A stretch of 64,000 bases of DNA from Magnetococcales bacterium DCbin4 (GTDB taxonomy: Bacteria > Pseudomonadota > Magnetococcia > Magnetococcales > UBA8363): NCBI GenBank assembly GCA_002753735.1, contig PEAN01000005.1, positions 26,651 to 90,650 on the forward strand. Direction: 5' to 3'. Of the stretch, positions 41,220 through 51,023 are shown in pieces. A program made the position numbers and the translations under genes. Position 1 is the stretch's first letter. The number at the start of each line of letters is the position of its first letter. Below the pieces are notes generated by a model. It searched no databases. It had not been told where the DNA came from and was given only the letters and a program-made list of their open reading frames with translations.

Positions 41220-41551
41220 GGATTCTCACTTCACACCTGCAAAAAATCACTCTTCTTTCGATTTCAACCCGCAGCACCTCCCTCGATCCCTCCGAACAAC
41301 TCCACTGTTATTTGTCGTATCATAAAGCAAATTATAATAATATATCTATTTTTTATTATCAAAATTTGCGAATTGCAACAACTTTATAAAGATATCATCA
41401 AGAACAATGAATGTTTTTTTGTGAATTTTAGAAAATTATGATGTTATTTTCTTGTCGATTATTCACCTAATTAATATTGAACCTGTTATCTTGAACATTG
41501 TCACAAAAGAGAGCTTGAACCATGAAAAATTTCAAGGAGGGCATTCAACCC

Positions 41552-43131
41552 ATGAAAATTGGAATCCCGAAAGAGGTTTATCCCGGGGAACACCGGGTGG
41601 CGGCCAGTCCCGATTCGGTACGACAGTTGATCAAACTTGGATTTTCGGTTGCCATCGAGACGGGAGCAGGTTTGGCATCGCAATTCACCGATGACCATTA
41701 TCAGGGAGCGGGGGCGGAGATCATCGCCGATACCGCCCTCCTGTGGAGTACGGCGGACATCGTGTTCAAGGTGCGCGCCCCCATGCTTCATCCGGTGTTG
41801 GGCAAACATGAAACGGAACTGCCAAACCGGGGCAGCACCCTGATCAGTTTCATCTGGCCGGCGCAAAACAAGGAATTGATGGACCTTCTGGCCCAACGTG
41901 GCATCAATGTCCTGGCCATGGATTCGGTTCCACGCATCTCCCGGGCGCAAAAGCTGGATGCCCTCTCTTCCATGGCCAACATTGCCGGTTATCGGGCGGT
42001 CATCGAGGCGGCACATGCCTTTGGCCGCTTTTTTACCGGTCAGATCACCGCGGCGGGCAAGGTCCCTCCCGCCAAGGTATTCGTGATCGGTGCCGGTGTG
42101 GCGGGATTGGCGGCGATTGGTGCCGCCTCTCGGGATTGGGAGCCATCGTGCGCGCCTCCGATACCCGCCCCGAGGTGAAGGATCAGGTCAAAAGCATGGG
42201 TGCGGAATTCGTCTCACCACAGTACGAAGAAGAAGGGACGGGGGTGGGCGGTTATGCCAAGGTCATGAGTGAAGGATACCAGAAGGCCCAACACGACCTG
42301 TTCGCCAAACAAGCCCTTGAAGTGGACATCATCATCACCACCGCCCTGATCCCGGGAAAACCCGCCCCCAAACTGATCACCAAAGAAATGGTGAACAGCA
42401 TGAAACCGGGCAGTGTCATCGTCGATCTGGCGGCGGAACAGGGTGGCAACTGTGAATACACCGTGCCACACCAAAAGGTGGTACACAACCATGTCACCAT
42501 CATCGGATATTCCGACCTCCCCAGCCGCCTGGCCCGGCAGGCCAGCCAGCTTTATGCCACCAACCTGGTACGACTGACCGAAGAATTGTGCAAAACCAAG
42601 GATGGCGTCATCGACATCAACATGGAGGATGAGGTCATTCGGGGAACCACCGTGATCAAGGATGGGGTGATCACCTGGCCACCACCGCCCCCCCGGCTTT
42701 CGGCGGCGCCCGCCAAGGCCACACCCGAGCAGGCGACCCCGATCCCGGAAGCCAAAAAAGGTCATGGTCATGGCCCGGGAGCACCCGCTTCCGCCAAATC
42801 CATGTGGCTCACCGGGATCATCCTGGCGGTTCTCTTCGGCCTGATCGGAATCAGCGCCCCCACCTCCTTTCTGAACCATTTCACCGTCTTCGTGCTGGCC
42901 TGTTTCATCGGCTACATGGTGATCTGGAACGTCACCCCCGCCTTGCACACCCCATTGATGAGCGTCACCAACGCCATCAGCAGCATCATCGTCATCGGTG
43001 CGTTGATCCAAATCTCTTCCCCGGGAATCATCATCACGTTGCTTGCGGGATTGGCCATCGGATTGACTGCCATCAACATGTTCGGCGGATTTTGGGTGAC
43101 ACGGCGCATGTTGCGCATGTTCCAGAAATAA
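41552..43131 (+). pseudogene. pntA: NAD(P) transhydrogenase subunit alpha (full-length PntA), frame broken inside the NAD-binding motif (frameshift or sequencing error)
   Basis: ORFs 41522..42178 and 42136..43131 together match PntA. They read MKIGIPKE..., [18 protein letters not shown] then RDWEPS... out of frame, and resume as [25 protein letters not shown]...[10 protein letters not shown]...NCEYT, followed by C-terminal TM helices. The shift lies at 42129..42138 (tctcgggattggga). ATG 41552 is preceded by AAGGAGG. Confidence 0.85.
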
Positions 43132-43146
43132 AAGGAAAGAGACGTT

Positions 43147-44559
43147 ATGAACACTGAATTGATGACCGTCGCCTACATCGGTGCAACCATCCTGTTCATC
43201 CTCAGCCTGGGGGGACTGAGCCATCCCGAAACCTCCCGACGCGGCAACCTGTTCGGCATGATCGGCATGGGCATCGCGGTGATGGCCACCCTGATGGGAC
43301 CCCGGGTCTCCGGCCTGTCCAATTATGCCATCATCATGATTGCCATGGGATTGGGTGGGGTTGTGGGAATCATCGCCGCCATCCGGGTCAAAATGACGCA
43401 GATGCCCGAACTGGTCGCCTTGATGCACAGCCTGGTGGGATTGGCCGCCTGTCTGGTCGGTTTTGCCAATTTCATCGACCCTTCCGTCCACTTCACCGGC
43501 AGCGAAAAAACGATCCATGAAGTGGAAATCTACATTGGCATCCTCATCGGTGCCATCACCTTTTCCGGCTCCCTGATCGCTTTCGGCAAACTTTCCGGCA
43601 AGATCGGGGGTAAACCCCTGTTGCTGCCCGCCCGCCATCTGCTGAACCTGGGCCTGTTGATCCTGACCCTCATGATGGGCCAATGGTTTTTAAAGGCCGA
43701 CACCATCGATCAAGGAATCGTTCCCCTGTTGTTGATGACGATGCTCGCCCTGGCCTTCGGCATTCACATGGTCATGGCGATTGGTGGTGCCGACATGCCG
43801 GTGGTCGTCTCCATGTTGAACAGCTACTCGGGATGGGCGGCGGCGGCGACCGGTTTCATGCTCGCCAACGACCTGTTGATCGTGGTCGGTGCCTTGGTGG
43901 GATCTTCGGGCGCAATTCTTTCCTACATCATGTGTCGCGCCATGAACCGCAATTTCCTGGCGGTCATCGCGGGCGGATTCGGTACGGAAGGGGGTAAACC
44001 CGCCACAACCGATCCCACAACCCCCGCAGGTGACGTACAACCCATCAGCGCCGCCGAAACCGCCGAACTGTTGCGTTCCGCCCAAAGCGTCATCATCGTC
44101 CCCGGATATGGGATGGCGGTGGCCCAGGCCCAGCATACCGTTTGTGAAATCACCAAGGTCCTGCGCAACCAGGGGATCAATGTCCGCTTCGGCATTCACC
44201 CGGTCGCCGGGCGGATGCCGGGTCACATGAACGTCTTGCTGGCCGAAGCCAGGGTCCCTTATGACATCGTTTTGGAAATGGATGAACTCAACCAGGATTT
44301 TCCCCAGACCGACGTGTCGATCATCATCGGTGCCAACGATATCGTCAACCCCGCCGCCCAGGAAAATCCCGACAGTCCCATCGCCGGCATGCCGGTTTTG
44401 GAAGTGTGGAAGGCCAAAACCTCCATCGTCATGAAAAGATCGATGGCATCGGGCTACGCTGGGGTGGATAATCCGCTGTTCTACAAGGAAAACAATCGCA
44501 TGCTCTTCGGTGACGCCAAAAAAATGCTGGATGAGGTTCTGGCCAATCTTGCCGGTTGA
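43147..44559 (+). CDS. pntB: NAD(P) transhydrogenase subunit beta
   Basis: 470 aa with a multi-TM N-terminal half and a C-terminal NADP(H)-binding domain ([45 protein letters not shown]). Confidence 0.95.
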   Translation: MNTELMTVAYIGATILFILSLGGLSHPETSRRGNLFGMIGMGIAVMATLMGPRVSGLSNYAIIMIAMGLGGVVGIIAAIRVKMTQMPELVALMHSLVGLAACLVGFANFIDPSVHFTGSEKTIHEVEIYIGILIGAITFSGSLIAFGKLSGKIGGKPLLLPARHLLNLGLLILTLMMGQWFLKADTIDQGIVPLLLMTMLALAFGIHMVMAIGGADMPVVVSMLNSYSGWAAAATGFMLANDLLIVVGALVGSSGAILSYIMCRAMNRNFLAVIAGGFGTEGGKPATTDPTTPAGDVQPISAAETAELLRSAQSVIIVPGYGMAVAQAQHTVCEITKVLRNQGINVRFGIHPVAGRMPGHMNVLLAEARVPYDIVLEMDELNQDFPQTDVSIIIGANDIVNPAAQENPDSPIAGMPVLEVWKAKTSIVMKRSMASGYAGVDNPLFYKENNRMLFGDAKKMLDEVLANLAG

Positions 44560-44780
44560 ATCATCCTCATGAAGCCTCTGTGCTGAATGGGAAACGTGGA
44601 TCTTATTTTCAATACCAACATCGGGGGACTTCGTCCCCGGACCCCCTTCCCCTCCAATCTGCATCATTGTCGGAGGAACCCTGCGGAATCTGGATCTTTG
44701 CGCTGAAGGACCTGTCCCAATTAATTACTTTCATCATGACAAGATGTTCCATATCATGATGAAAGAGATGAAGGAGAAAT

Positions 44781-47072
44781 ATGATGCGTATGGATGAGTC
44801 GATTCGCGCCGCCGCCCTGGAGTATCACAAATCTCCAAGCCCTGGAAAGATTTCGGTGACCCCCACCAAATCATTGGCCACTCAGACCGATCTTTCCTTG
44901 GCCTACTCGCCGGGCGTTGCAGCGGCCTGTGATGAAATCGTCAAGGATCCCGTCAATTCCTACCTGTACACCTCACGGGGTAATCTGGTTGCGGTCATCA
45001 CCAACGGTACTGCGGTACTGGGATTGGGAAACATTGGCCCTCTGGCTGGGAAACCGGTGATGGAGGGCAAAGGGGTTTTGTTTAAAAAATTTGCCAATAT
45101 CGATGTGTTCGATATTGAAATCAACGAACTGGATCCAGACAAACTGATCGACATCATTGCAGCCCTCGAACCAACCTTTGGGGGCATCAACCTGGAGGAC
45201 ATCCGTGCTCCTGAATGTTTTCATATCGAGAAAAAACTTAAAGAAAGGATGAAAATTCCCGTGTTCCATGATGACCAACATGGAACCGCCATCATTACCA
45301 GTGCTGCAATCATCAATGGATTAACCCTTGTCAAGAAGAACATCGGAGAAGTCAAGTTGGTTTGTTCCGGGGCTGGAGCCGCTGCGATTTCCTGCCTGGA
45401 TTTGATGGTCTCCTTGGGACTTGATCCCCGTCATGTCTTCATCGTTGACAGCAAGGGGGTGGTTCATGTTGGCCGGGAAGGAAGGCTCGATCCGTCCAAG
45501 GCGCGCTATGTCCAGGAAACCGCTGCCAGAACGTTGGGTGATGTCATGCCCGGCGCAGACATTTTCCTTGGGCTATCGACATCAGGGGTGTTAAAGCCGG
45601 AAATGGTCAAGACCATGGCTGCCAATCCGCTGATTTTGGCGATGGCCAATCCCACACCGGAAATTCTCCCGGAACTCGCCAAGGAAGTTCGTCCCGATGC
45701 CATCATTGGCACGGGCCGTTCCGATTATCCCAATCAGGTCAATAACGTATTATGTTTTCCCTTTATTTTTCGGGGCGCCCTGGATGTCGGGGCGACATCG
45801 TTTACCAATGAAATGAAAATCGCCTGTGTCCGCGCCATTGCCGAGCTTGCGCACGCTGAACCTTCCGATGTCGTGGCTTCTGCGTATGGCAATGAAAAAT
45901 TGACCTTTGGCCCGGAATATTTGATACCCAAACCGTTCGATCCCCGTTTGATCCTCATGATCGCCCCGGCTGTGGCCGAAGCGGCCATGCGTTCGGGCGT
46001 CGCCACCCGCCCGATGACCGACATGGACGGCTATCGCCAGCATTTGCGCGAATATGTCGATCATTCGGGCATGGCCATGAAAACCGTTTTTGCCGCCGCC
46101 AAAAAAACCCCCGCGAGCGTGATTTATTGCGAAGGTGAGGATGACCGGGTGTTGCGTGCCGTGCAAACGGTGGTTGACGAAGGTCTGGCCAAGCCCATAC
46201 TGATTGGGCGTCCCGAAGCGTTGACGCGCCTGATCTCCCATGCCGGGCTACGCCTGGTCATGGGACAACATTTTTCCGTCGTCAATCCCGAAACGGATTC
46301 CCGTTTTCAGGATATGGTTCGGGATTATCATGCCATCATGTCGCGCCGGGGGGTCAGCCTGCAATACGCCGAGATCGAAACCCGCCGCCGCCGTACCTTG
46401 TTGGGTGCGTTGCTGGTCAAACATGGCCATGCCGACGGCATGATCTGTGGTACCTTCGGCCAATATGCCCAACATTTGCGTTACATCGATCAGATCCTAC
46501 CCAAACAGGCCGGGGTCAGCAGTCATTATGCGTTGAACATGTTGATTTTGCCCAAGCGCACCTTGTTCATCTGTGATTGTCAGGTCAATGCCGATCCCAC
46601 CGCTGAACAGGTTGCCGAAATGACCCTTCTTGCCGCCAAGGAGGTGCGACGCTTTGGCAGCGAGCCTAAAGTGGCGCTCTTGTCTCATTCAAACTTTGGC
46701 AGCGGTCATACGGCCTCTGCGATCAAAATGCGGCGGGCTTTGGAGATCATCGTGGCTGAGGCTCCCCACCTGGAAGTGGAGGGTGAAATGAGCGGTGATG
46801 CCGCTTTGTCCGAAAAACTGCGGTACCAAATATTTCCGGAATCCCGTCTCCAGGGTTCGGCCAACCTGTTGATCATGCCCTCCCTGGATGCGGCAAGAAT
46901 TGCTTTCACCTTGTTGCGGTCCCATTCCGGGGACGATGGTTCGGTGGTCGTCGGTCCCATGCTTCTCGGCGCTTCGCGTCCCGTCCACGTCCTGACACCC
47001 ACCACCACGGTGCGCCGAATCGTCAACATGACCGCTTTGATTTCGGTTGAGGTCGTCCATAAATACACTTGA
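44781..47072 (+). CDS. maeB: NADP-dependent malic enzyme (malic enzyme domain fused to PTA-like domain)
   Basis: 763 aa. [40 protein letters not shown], then the phosphate-acetyltransferase-like C-terminal half. Confidence 0.93.
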   Translation: MMRMDESIRAAALEYHKSPSPGKISVTPTKSLATQTDLSLAYSPGVAAACDEIVKDPVNSYLYTSRGNLVAVITNGTAVLGLGNIGPLAGKPVMEGKGVLFKKFANIDVFDIEINELDPDKLIDIIAALEPTFGGINLEDIRAPECFHIEKKLKERMKIPVFHDDQHGTAIITSAAIINGLTLVKKNIGEVKLVCSGAGAAAISCLDLMVSLGLDPRHVFIVDSKGVVHVGREGRLDPSKARYVQETAARTLGDVMPGADIFLGLSTSGVLKPEMVKTMAANPLILAMANPTPEILPELAKEVRPDAIIGTGRSDYPNQVNNVLCFPFIFRGALDVGATSFTNEMKIACVRAIAELAHAEPSDVVASAYGNEKLTFGPEYLIPKPFDPRLILMIAPAVAEAAMRSGVATRPMTDMDGYRQHLREYVDHSGMAMKTVFAAAKKTPASVIYCEGEDDRVLRAVQTVVDEGLAKPILIGRPEALTRLISHAGLRLVMGQHFSVVNPETDSRFQDMVRDYHAIMSRRGVSLQYAEIETRRRRTLLGALLVKHGHADGMICGTFGQYAQHLRYIDQILPKQAGVSSHYALNMLILPKRTLFICDCQVNADPTAEQVAEMTLLAAKEVRRFGSEPKVALLSHSNFGSGHTASAIKMRRALEIIVAEAPHLEVEGEMSGDAALSEKLRYQIFPESRLQGSANLLIMPSLDAARIAFTLLRSHSGDDGSVVVGPMLLGASRPVHVLTPTTTVRRIVNMTALISVEVVHKYT

Positions 47073-47179
47073 TGCTGTCCATGACATGATACCTGAACCA
47101 ACCGCGCCCTTACCGATACTTGCCGGTTGAATCATCCTTGAAACTGGACTAAAAGGGTAGGATTCGGAATCATTCAGGT

Positions 47180-48217
47180 TTGGGATTTGCCATGACGGAT
47201 ATTGCGCAACCTCATGACCGATTTGTCAAAGCCCTTCTTTCCGATCCGGGAAGGGCGGGGAGCCTGTTACGCGAACGTTTGCCGCAAGAAATCTCCGGGT
47301 TGTTGTCACCTGAACCGCCGATTCTGGTCGAGGGGTCTTTCGTTGATGAAGAATTGCGCAGCCACCTGACAGACCGGCTTTTCCAAGCGAAAACAATCAC
47401 AAGTCGGACCGCGTTCCTCTACGTCTTGATTGAGCATAAAAGCTTTCCAGATCGTCGGGTTGGATGGCAAATCGTCAAATACACCGTCGCGTGGTGGAAA
47501 CAATGGGAACGTGAACATCCCGAGTGGGAGATGTTGCCGCCCATCATTCCCTTTGTGTTCTATCATGGCGCATCAGAATGGCGTATTCCTGACGAATTCT
47601 TATCCTTGGTGGATGCAGAAAAAGGTTGGAAACCTTGGCTTCTGAATCTTCGATACCTTGTTTTGGACCTCGGCAACATCGACGATCGTGTATTGTCCAA
47701 GGATCCCCGGTTGAAAGCCTGGTTGTTGGCAGTCAAGTATGCATCCCGAAAAAATCATCAATTGCAGATACAGGAGCTGTTGGTCGAAGCCCTTCTGGAT
47801 ATCCCGGAAGATCTGTATGTCATCATTCGGTATCTCGTGGAAACCTTTGAGTGCTATGATGAACAAACCGTTCGTGAAATCATCCGCCAGGTTCGACCGG
47901 AGGAGGAAGAACAAATGATGTCACAATTTGCACAAGACATTATCGCCAAGGAAAAACCTGATTGGTTGCAACGAGGCCGTCAGGAAGGCCGCCAGGAAGG
48001 CCGCCAGGAAGGCCGCCAGGAAGGCCGCCAGGAAGGCCGCCAGGAAGGCCGCCAGGAAGAAGCGGCAACCATCCTCCTTAAACTCATACGTCGCAAATTT
48101 GGCCAAATTCCCGACGGGACAACCGATAAAGTCAAGTCCGCAGAATTGGAACTCATTGAAAAATGGAGTGATAACTTTGTATTCGCCAACACTCTGGATG
48201 ACGTTTTTGCCTCTTGA
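47180..48217 (+). CDS. Rpn-family recombination-promoting nuclease / putative transposase (YhgA/Transposase_31-like) with DUF4351-like C-terminus
   Basis: PHDRFVKALLSDPGRAGSLLRERLP, FLYVLIEHKSFPD, and IPFVFYHGASEW are signatures of the YhgA-like PD-(D/E)XK family. C-terminus ATILLKLIRRKFGQIPDGTTDKVKSAELELIEKWSDN. Confidence 0.8.
   Translation: MGFAMTDIAQPHDRFVKALLSDPGRAGSLLRERLPQEISGLLSPEPPILVEGSFVDEELRSHLTDRLFQAKTITSRTAFLYVLIEHKSFPDRRVGWQIVKYTVAWWKQWEREHPEWEMLPPIIPFVFYHGASEWRIPDEFLSLVDAEKGWKPWLLNLRYLVLDLGNIDDRVLSKDPRLKAWLLAVKYASRKNHQLQIQELLVEALLDIPEDLYVIIRYLVETFECYDEQTVREIIRQVRPEEEEQMMSQFAQDIIAKEKPDWLQRGRQEGRQEGRQEGRQEGRQEGRQEGRQEEAATILLKLIRRKFGQIPDGTTDKVKSAELELIEKWSDNFVFANTLDDVFAS
47975..48058 (+). 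repeat. in-frame 12-bp tandem repeat, 7 units (GGCCGCCAGGAA), encoding (GRQE)7
   Basis: Counted directly. Unit 1 is ggccgtcaggaa at 47975; units 2-7 are identical ggccgccaggaa, ending at 48058. Confidence 0.9.
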
Positions 48218-48351
48218 TCAAGTGCTCGTGACAATTCATGGAATTTTGATTCAAAAATGGAATGAAACCATGAAGGACACAACGTTCTGCATGAACACCG
48301 ACACCCCCCCGGTCCAGTATTCCGGAACCGGGGGAGCATCCCATGCATGAC

Positions 48352-50379
48352 TCAAAAGGTTTCAAATTCGTCGTCGGAACTGGCGGGATGGTCTGCGGGC
48401 CGTTTGGTTCCCCCTGTTTTGTGCGCTGGAGCCAAGAGCGGTTTGGGTGGCCGTTGTTGCAGCGGTTCCGCCACTTTTTGAGATGGCATTTTTCTTTTGG
48501 CGGGAATGGAATTGCTTGACGAACCGACATTGAAGAATGAAACGGCGTGGGCCATCATGCTGGCCTGGGAACTCAACTCTTCTGCGGTTGCGGCCAGCTC
48601 TTCAGAAACTCCGGCGGTTTGCTGCACCACCTGTTCGAGTTGATGAATCGATTGAGTGATATCGTTGATCCCATCGCGCTGCTGCCGGCTGCACTCGGTA
48701 ATTCCCTGGATGCGTTCAGCCGTTTGCTGGATGTCCGGAACCAGTTTGCCGATGATCGTCCCCGCCTCCTCGGAAATCCGAACACTGGAGGCGGAAAGTT
48801 GACTGATTTCCCCGGCAGCCGTCTGGCTGCGTTCGGCAAGTTTTCTCACCTCAGCCGCCACCACGGCAAAACCTTTGCCGTGTTCACCAGCACGAGCAGC
48901 CTCAATGGCGGCGTTCAAGGCCAGCAGATTGGTCTGTCTGGCAATCTCCTCAATGATGCTGATCTTGGAAGCGATCTCCTTCATGGCGGTCACCGCCTGA
49001 TTGACCGCTTCTCCACCCTGTGAAGCGTCGTGAGAAGCTTTCAGGGCAATGGTCTGGGTCTCGCTGGAACTGTCCGTATTGAGCTGACAGCTTCCGGTAA
49101 TGGCAGACAAGGCCGAAGAAGTGGTTTCGACCGAAGCGGCCTGTTCCGTCACCCCCTGGGAGAGGGTTTGGGCGGTGTTGGATATTTCGTCGCTGCCCAA
49201 TGAAACCTGGGCGGCTGAGGCCGAAATCTCGCTGATGATCTCCCGCAACTTGGCGGCCATCTCTTTGAGGGCGTTGGCCAACTGCCCAATTTCATCCTTC
49301 TGGTCCAACTCAATGGTCGCCGTCAGGTCGCCCCGGGCGATACTCTTGGCAAAGACCACCCCCTTGTTCAGGGCACCTGTGATGGCTTTGGTAATCAAAT
49401 AGGCGATCAACAGACCCAGCAACACCGCACCGATGCCGGTGCCGACGGTAAAACGAATGACCTCCATGACCTGCTCGGTGATTTTCTCCTCCTGGATCCC
49501 GGTAATTTCAACAATCACCTCATTTGCGGTACGTCGGCCAGAAACGATCTCCTGTTCGGCTTCGGTTTGAGAATGGAGCATCTCAATAATGCCGGCCATC
49601 TCTTTTTGATAGCTCTCGATGGCCGCGATGATTTTCTTTATCTGATCGATATTGTTTTGCGCGGTAAACGTCGGCTGGAGTTCCTTGGCGATTTTGAGCG
49701 CGTCCGCCAGGTTCTTCTGATTGCGTGTGATCTGTTTTTCATCCTGGGCATGGGTGGCAAGGATCTCCTTTTCGGCAATGCGGGCCTCCCGGATTTCGGC
49801 CAGCATCTCCGCAGTATAGAGTGCTTTCCTGACCCGTTCCCCAATTTTGGCGTTGCGTGCCGTCATGGCATCCTTTTCCCGGGTGTCTAACGGCTGTTCG
49901 ATGAGGGCCTGAAGTTTGTGTTCCTGATCCGTCACCAGCGCTTTGGACTCCTCGGCGATCACTCCGCGCGCCAGGTTGAGCATTCTGGTCACACTGTCTT
50001 GAATCTTCGTCTCAGCCTCGACATAGCGATCCAACCCCTTGTCGTAGGTTTCGATGGCGGCAATAATGGTATCCATTCGACTTTTGTCCGCCGGATCATT
50101 GAATTTTTGATCCCGATCAATGCCCGCCTGTTTTTTGATGGTTTCGACATTCTTTTGATTTTCTTCATAATATTTCATATCCTTTCGGATCATGAAATTC
50201 TTTTCGGCCTGCATGGCATCCGAGATGGCTTCGATTAGAACGGTCATGTCTTTGACTTTACCGACACGATCTTCCAGACCAATCACCCCCTCGTAGGCGG
50301 TGATGGCGAGCAGGATGGTCAACAGGAGCACCAAACCAAATCCGATGCCAAGCTTGACACTGAGGTTGAGATTATTCAC
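48352..50379 (-). CDS. methyl-accepting chemotaxis protein
   Basis: N-terminal TM, a roughly 280-aa helical sensor region, a second TM, HAMP, and the highly conserved signalling hairpin [38 protein letters not shown]. Confidence 0.9.
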   Translation of the reverse strand: MNNLNLSVKLGIGFGLVLLLTILLAITAYEGVIGLEDRVGKVKDMTVLIEAISDAMQAEKNFMIRKDMKYYEENQKNVETIKKQAGIDRDQKFNDPADKSRMDTIIAAIETYDKGLDRYVEAETKIQDSVTRMLNLARGVIAEESKALVTDQEHKLQALIEQPLDTREKDAMTARNAKIGERVRKALYTAEMLAEIREARIAEKEILATHAQDEKQITRNQKNLADALKIAKELQPTFTAQNNIDQIKKIIAAIESYQKEMAGIIEMLHSQTEAEQEIVSGRRTANEVIVEITGIQEEKITEQVMEVIRFTVGTGIGAVLLGLLIAYLITKAITGALNKGVVFAKSIARGDLTATIELDQKDEIGQLANALKEMAAKLREIISEISASAAQVSLGSDEISNTAQTLSQGVTEQAASVETTSSALSAITGSCQLNTDSSSETQTIALKASHDASQGGEAVNQAVTAMKEIASKISIIEEIARQTNLLALNAAIEAARAGEHGKGFAVVAAEVRKLAERSQTAAGEISQLSASSVRISEEAGTIIGKLVPDIQQTAERIQGITECSRQQRDGINDITQSIHQLEQVVQQTAGVSEELAATAEELSSQASMMAHAVSFFNVGSSSNSIPAKRKMPSQKVAEPLQQRPPKPLLAPAHKTGGTKRPADHPASSDDEFETF

Positions 50380-51023
50380 AAATTTACTCCTATGATATTG
50401 TTTTAAAATGAATAAATTAAGAAAAATATATTTGAAATAATTGTATTCTCATCCGCCAATGATTGGTGTTGGTTCGATTTGACCAGTACCTGAATTCGTG
50501 ATGACCCTCGCCAACGCCCCATCAAACGATCCAAATCATTAATAAAGGCCATGAATCAACTGTTATAGAGGAATATTCTCCCTTTTTTTGTTTGCTCAAC
50601 ACAACAAAATAAATAGATATGATTGAAAAATTTTTATCTTGCATATTATTGTAGTTTTTTCCCTGAACCCGCCAATACTACACTCAAAGCACCAACAAAT
50701 TCAGATGATACAAGCAATTTTATACATAATATTTTTGTTGTATAATTTGGTACAACTGTGATTAGATGTTTTACACATCTTAAAATAAATTTCAAATGTT
50801 TTTTGTGATCGTTTTATTGCATGATGTGGAATATATAATATATGTAATCTTTATTTTATTTTAATCAGGAAAGATCAAAATTTACGGCTTGATTTTTGAT
50901 GATTACCAAAAGATGATTCAATGATATGACGCTGGAGAGACTTCGCCTCAATACCCATGACCATACAAAATAAAAATCATATTGCCACCATGGGCGAAGT
51001 CCCTTGATCCTCTTTTTTTCATG

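Noticed and set aside
41522-43131. Interpreting the two pntA ORFs as a natural PntAA/PntAB split.
   Set aside because: Natural splits separate the soluble dI domain from the membrane helices. Here the break falls inside the GxGxxG-to-Asp NAD-binding motif, and the second ORF still contains the rest of dI plus the helices.
44621-44640. Short GC hairpins after pntB (44621..44640), after cytochrome c (11820..11841) and between Rpn2 and the MCP (48306..48334), considered as intrinsic terminators.
   Set aside because: The stems are real (6-8 bp) but none is followed by a U-run, and one has a mismatch. That is too weak to call as terminators, so they are left unannotated.
42214-44667. Minus-strand ORFs of 489 aa and 325 aa over pntA/pntB.
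   Set aside because: They are antisense shadows of the transhydrogenase genes, with His/Gly/Asp-rich translations and no motifs.
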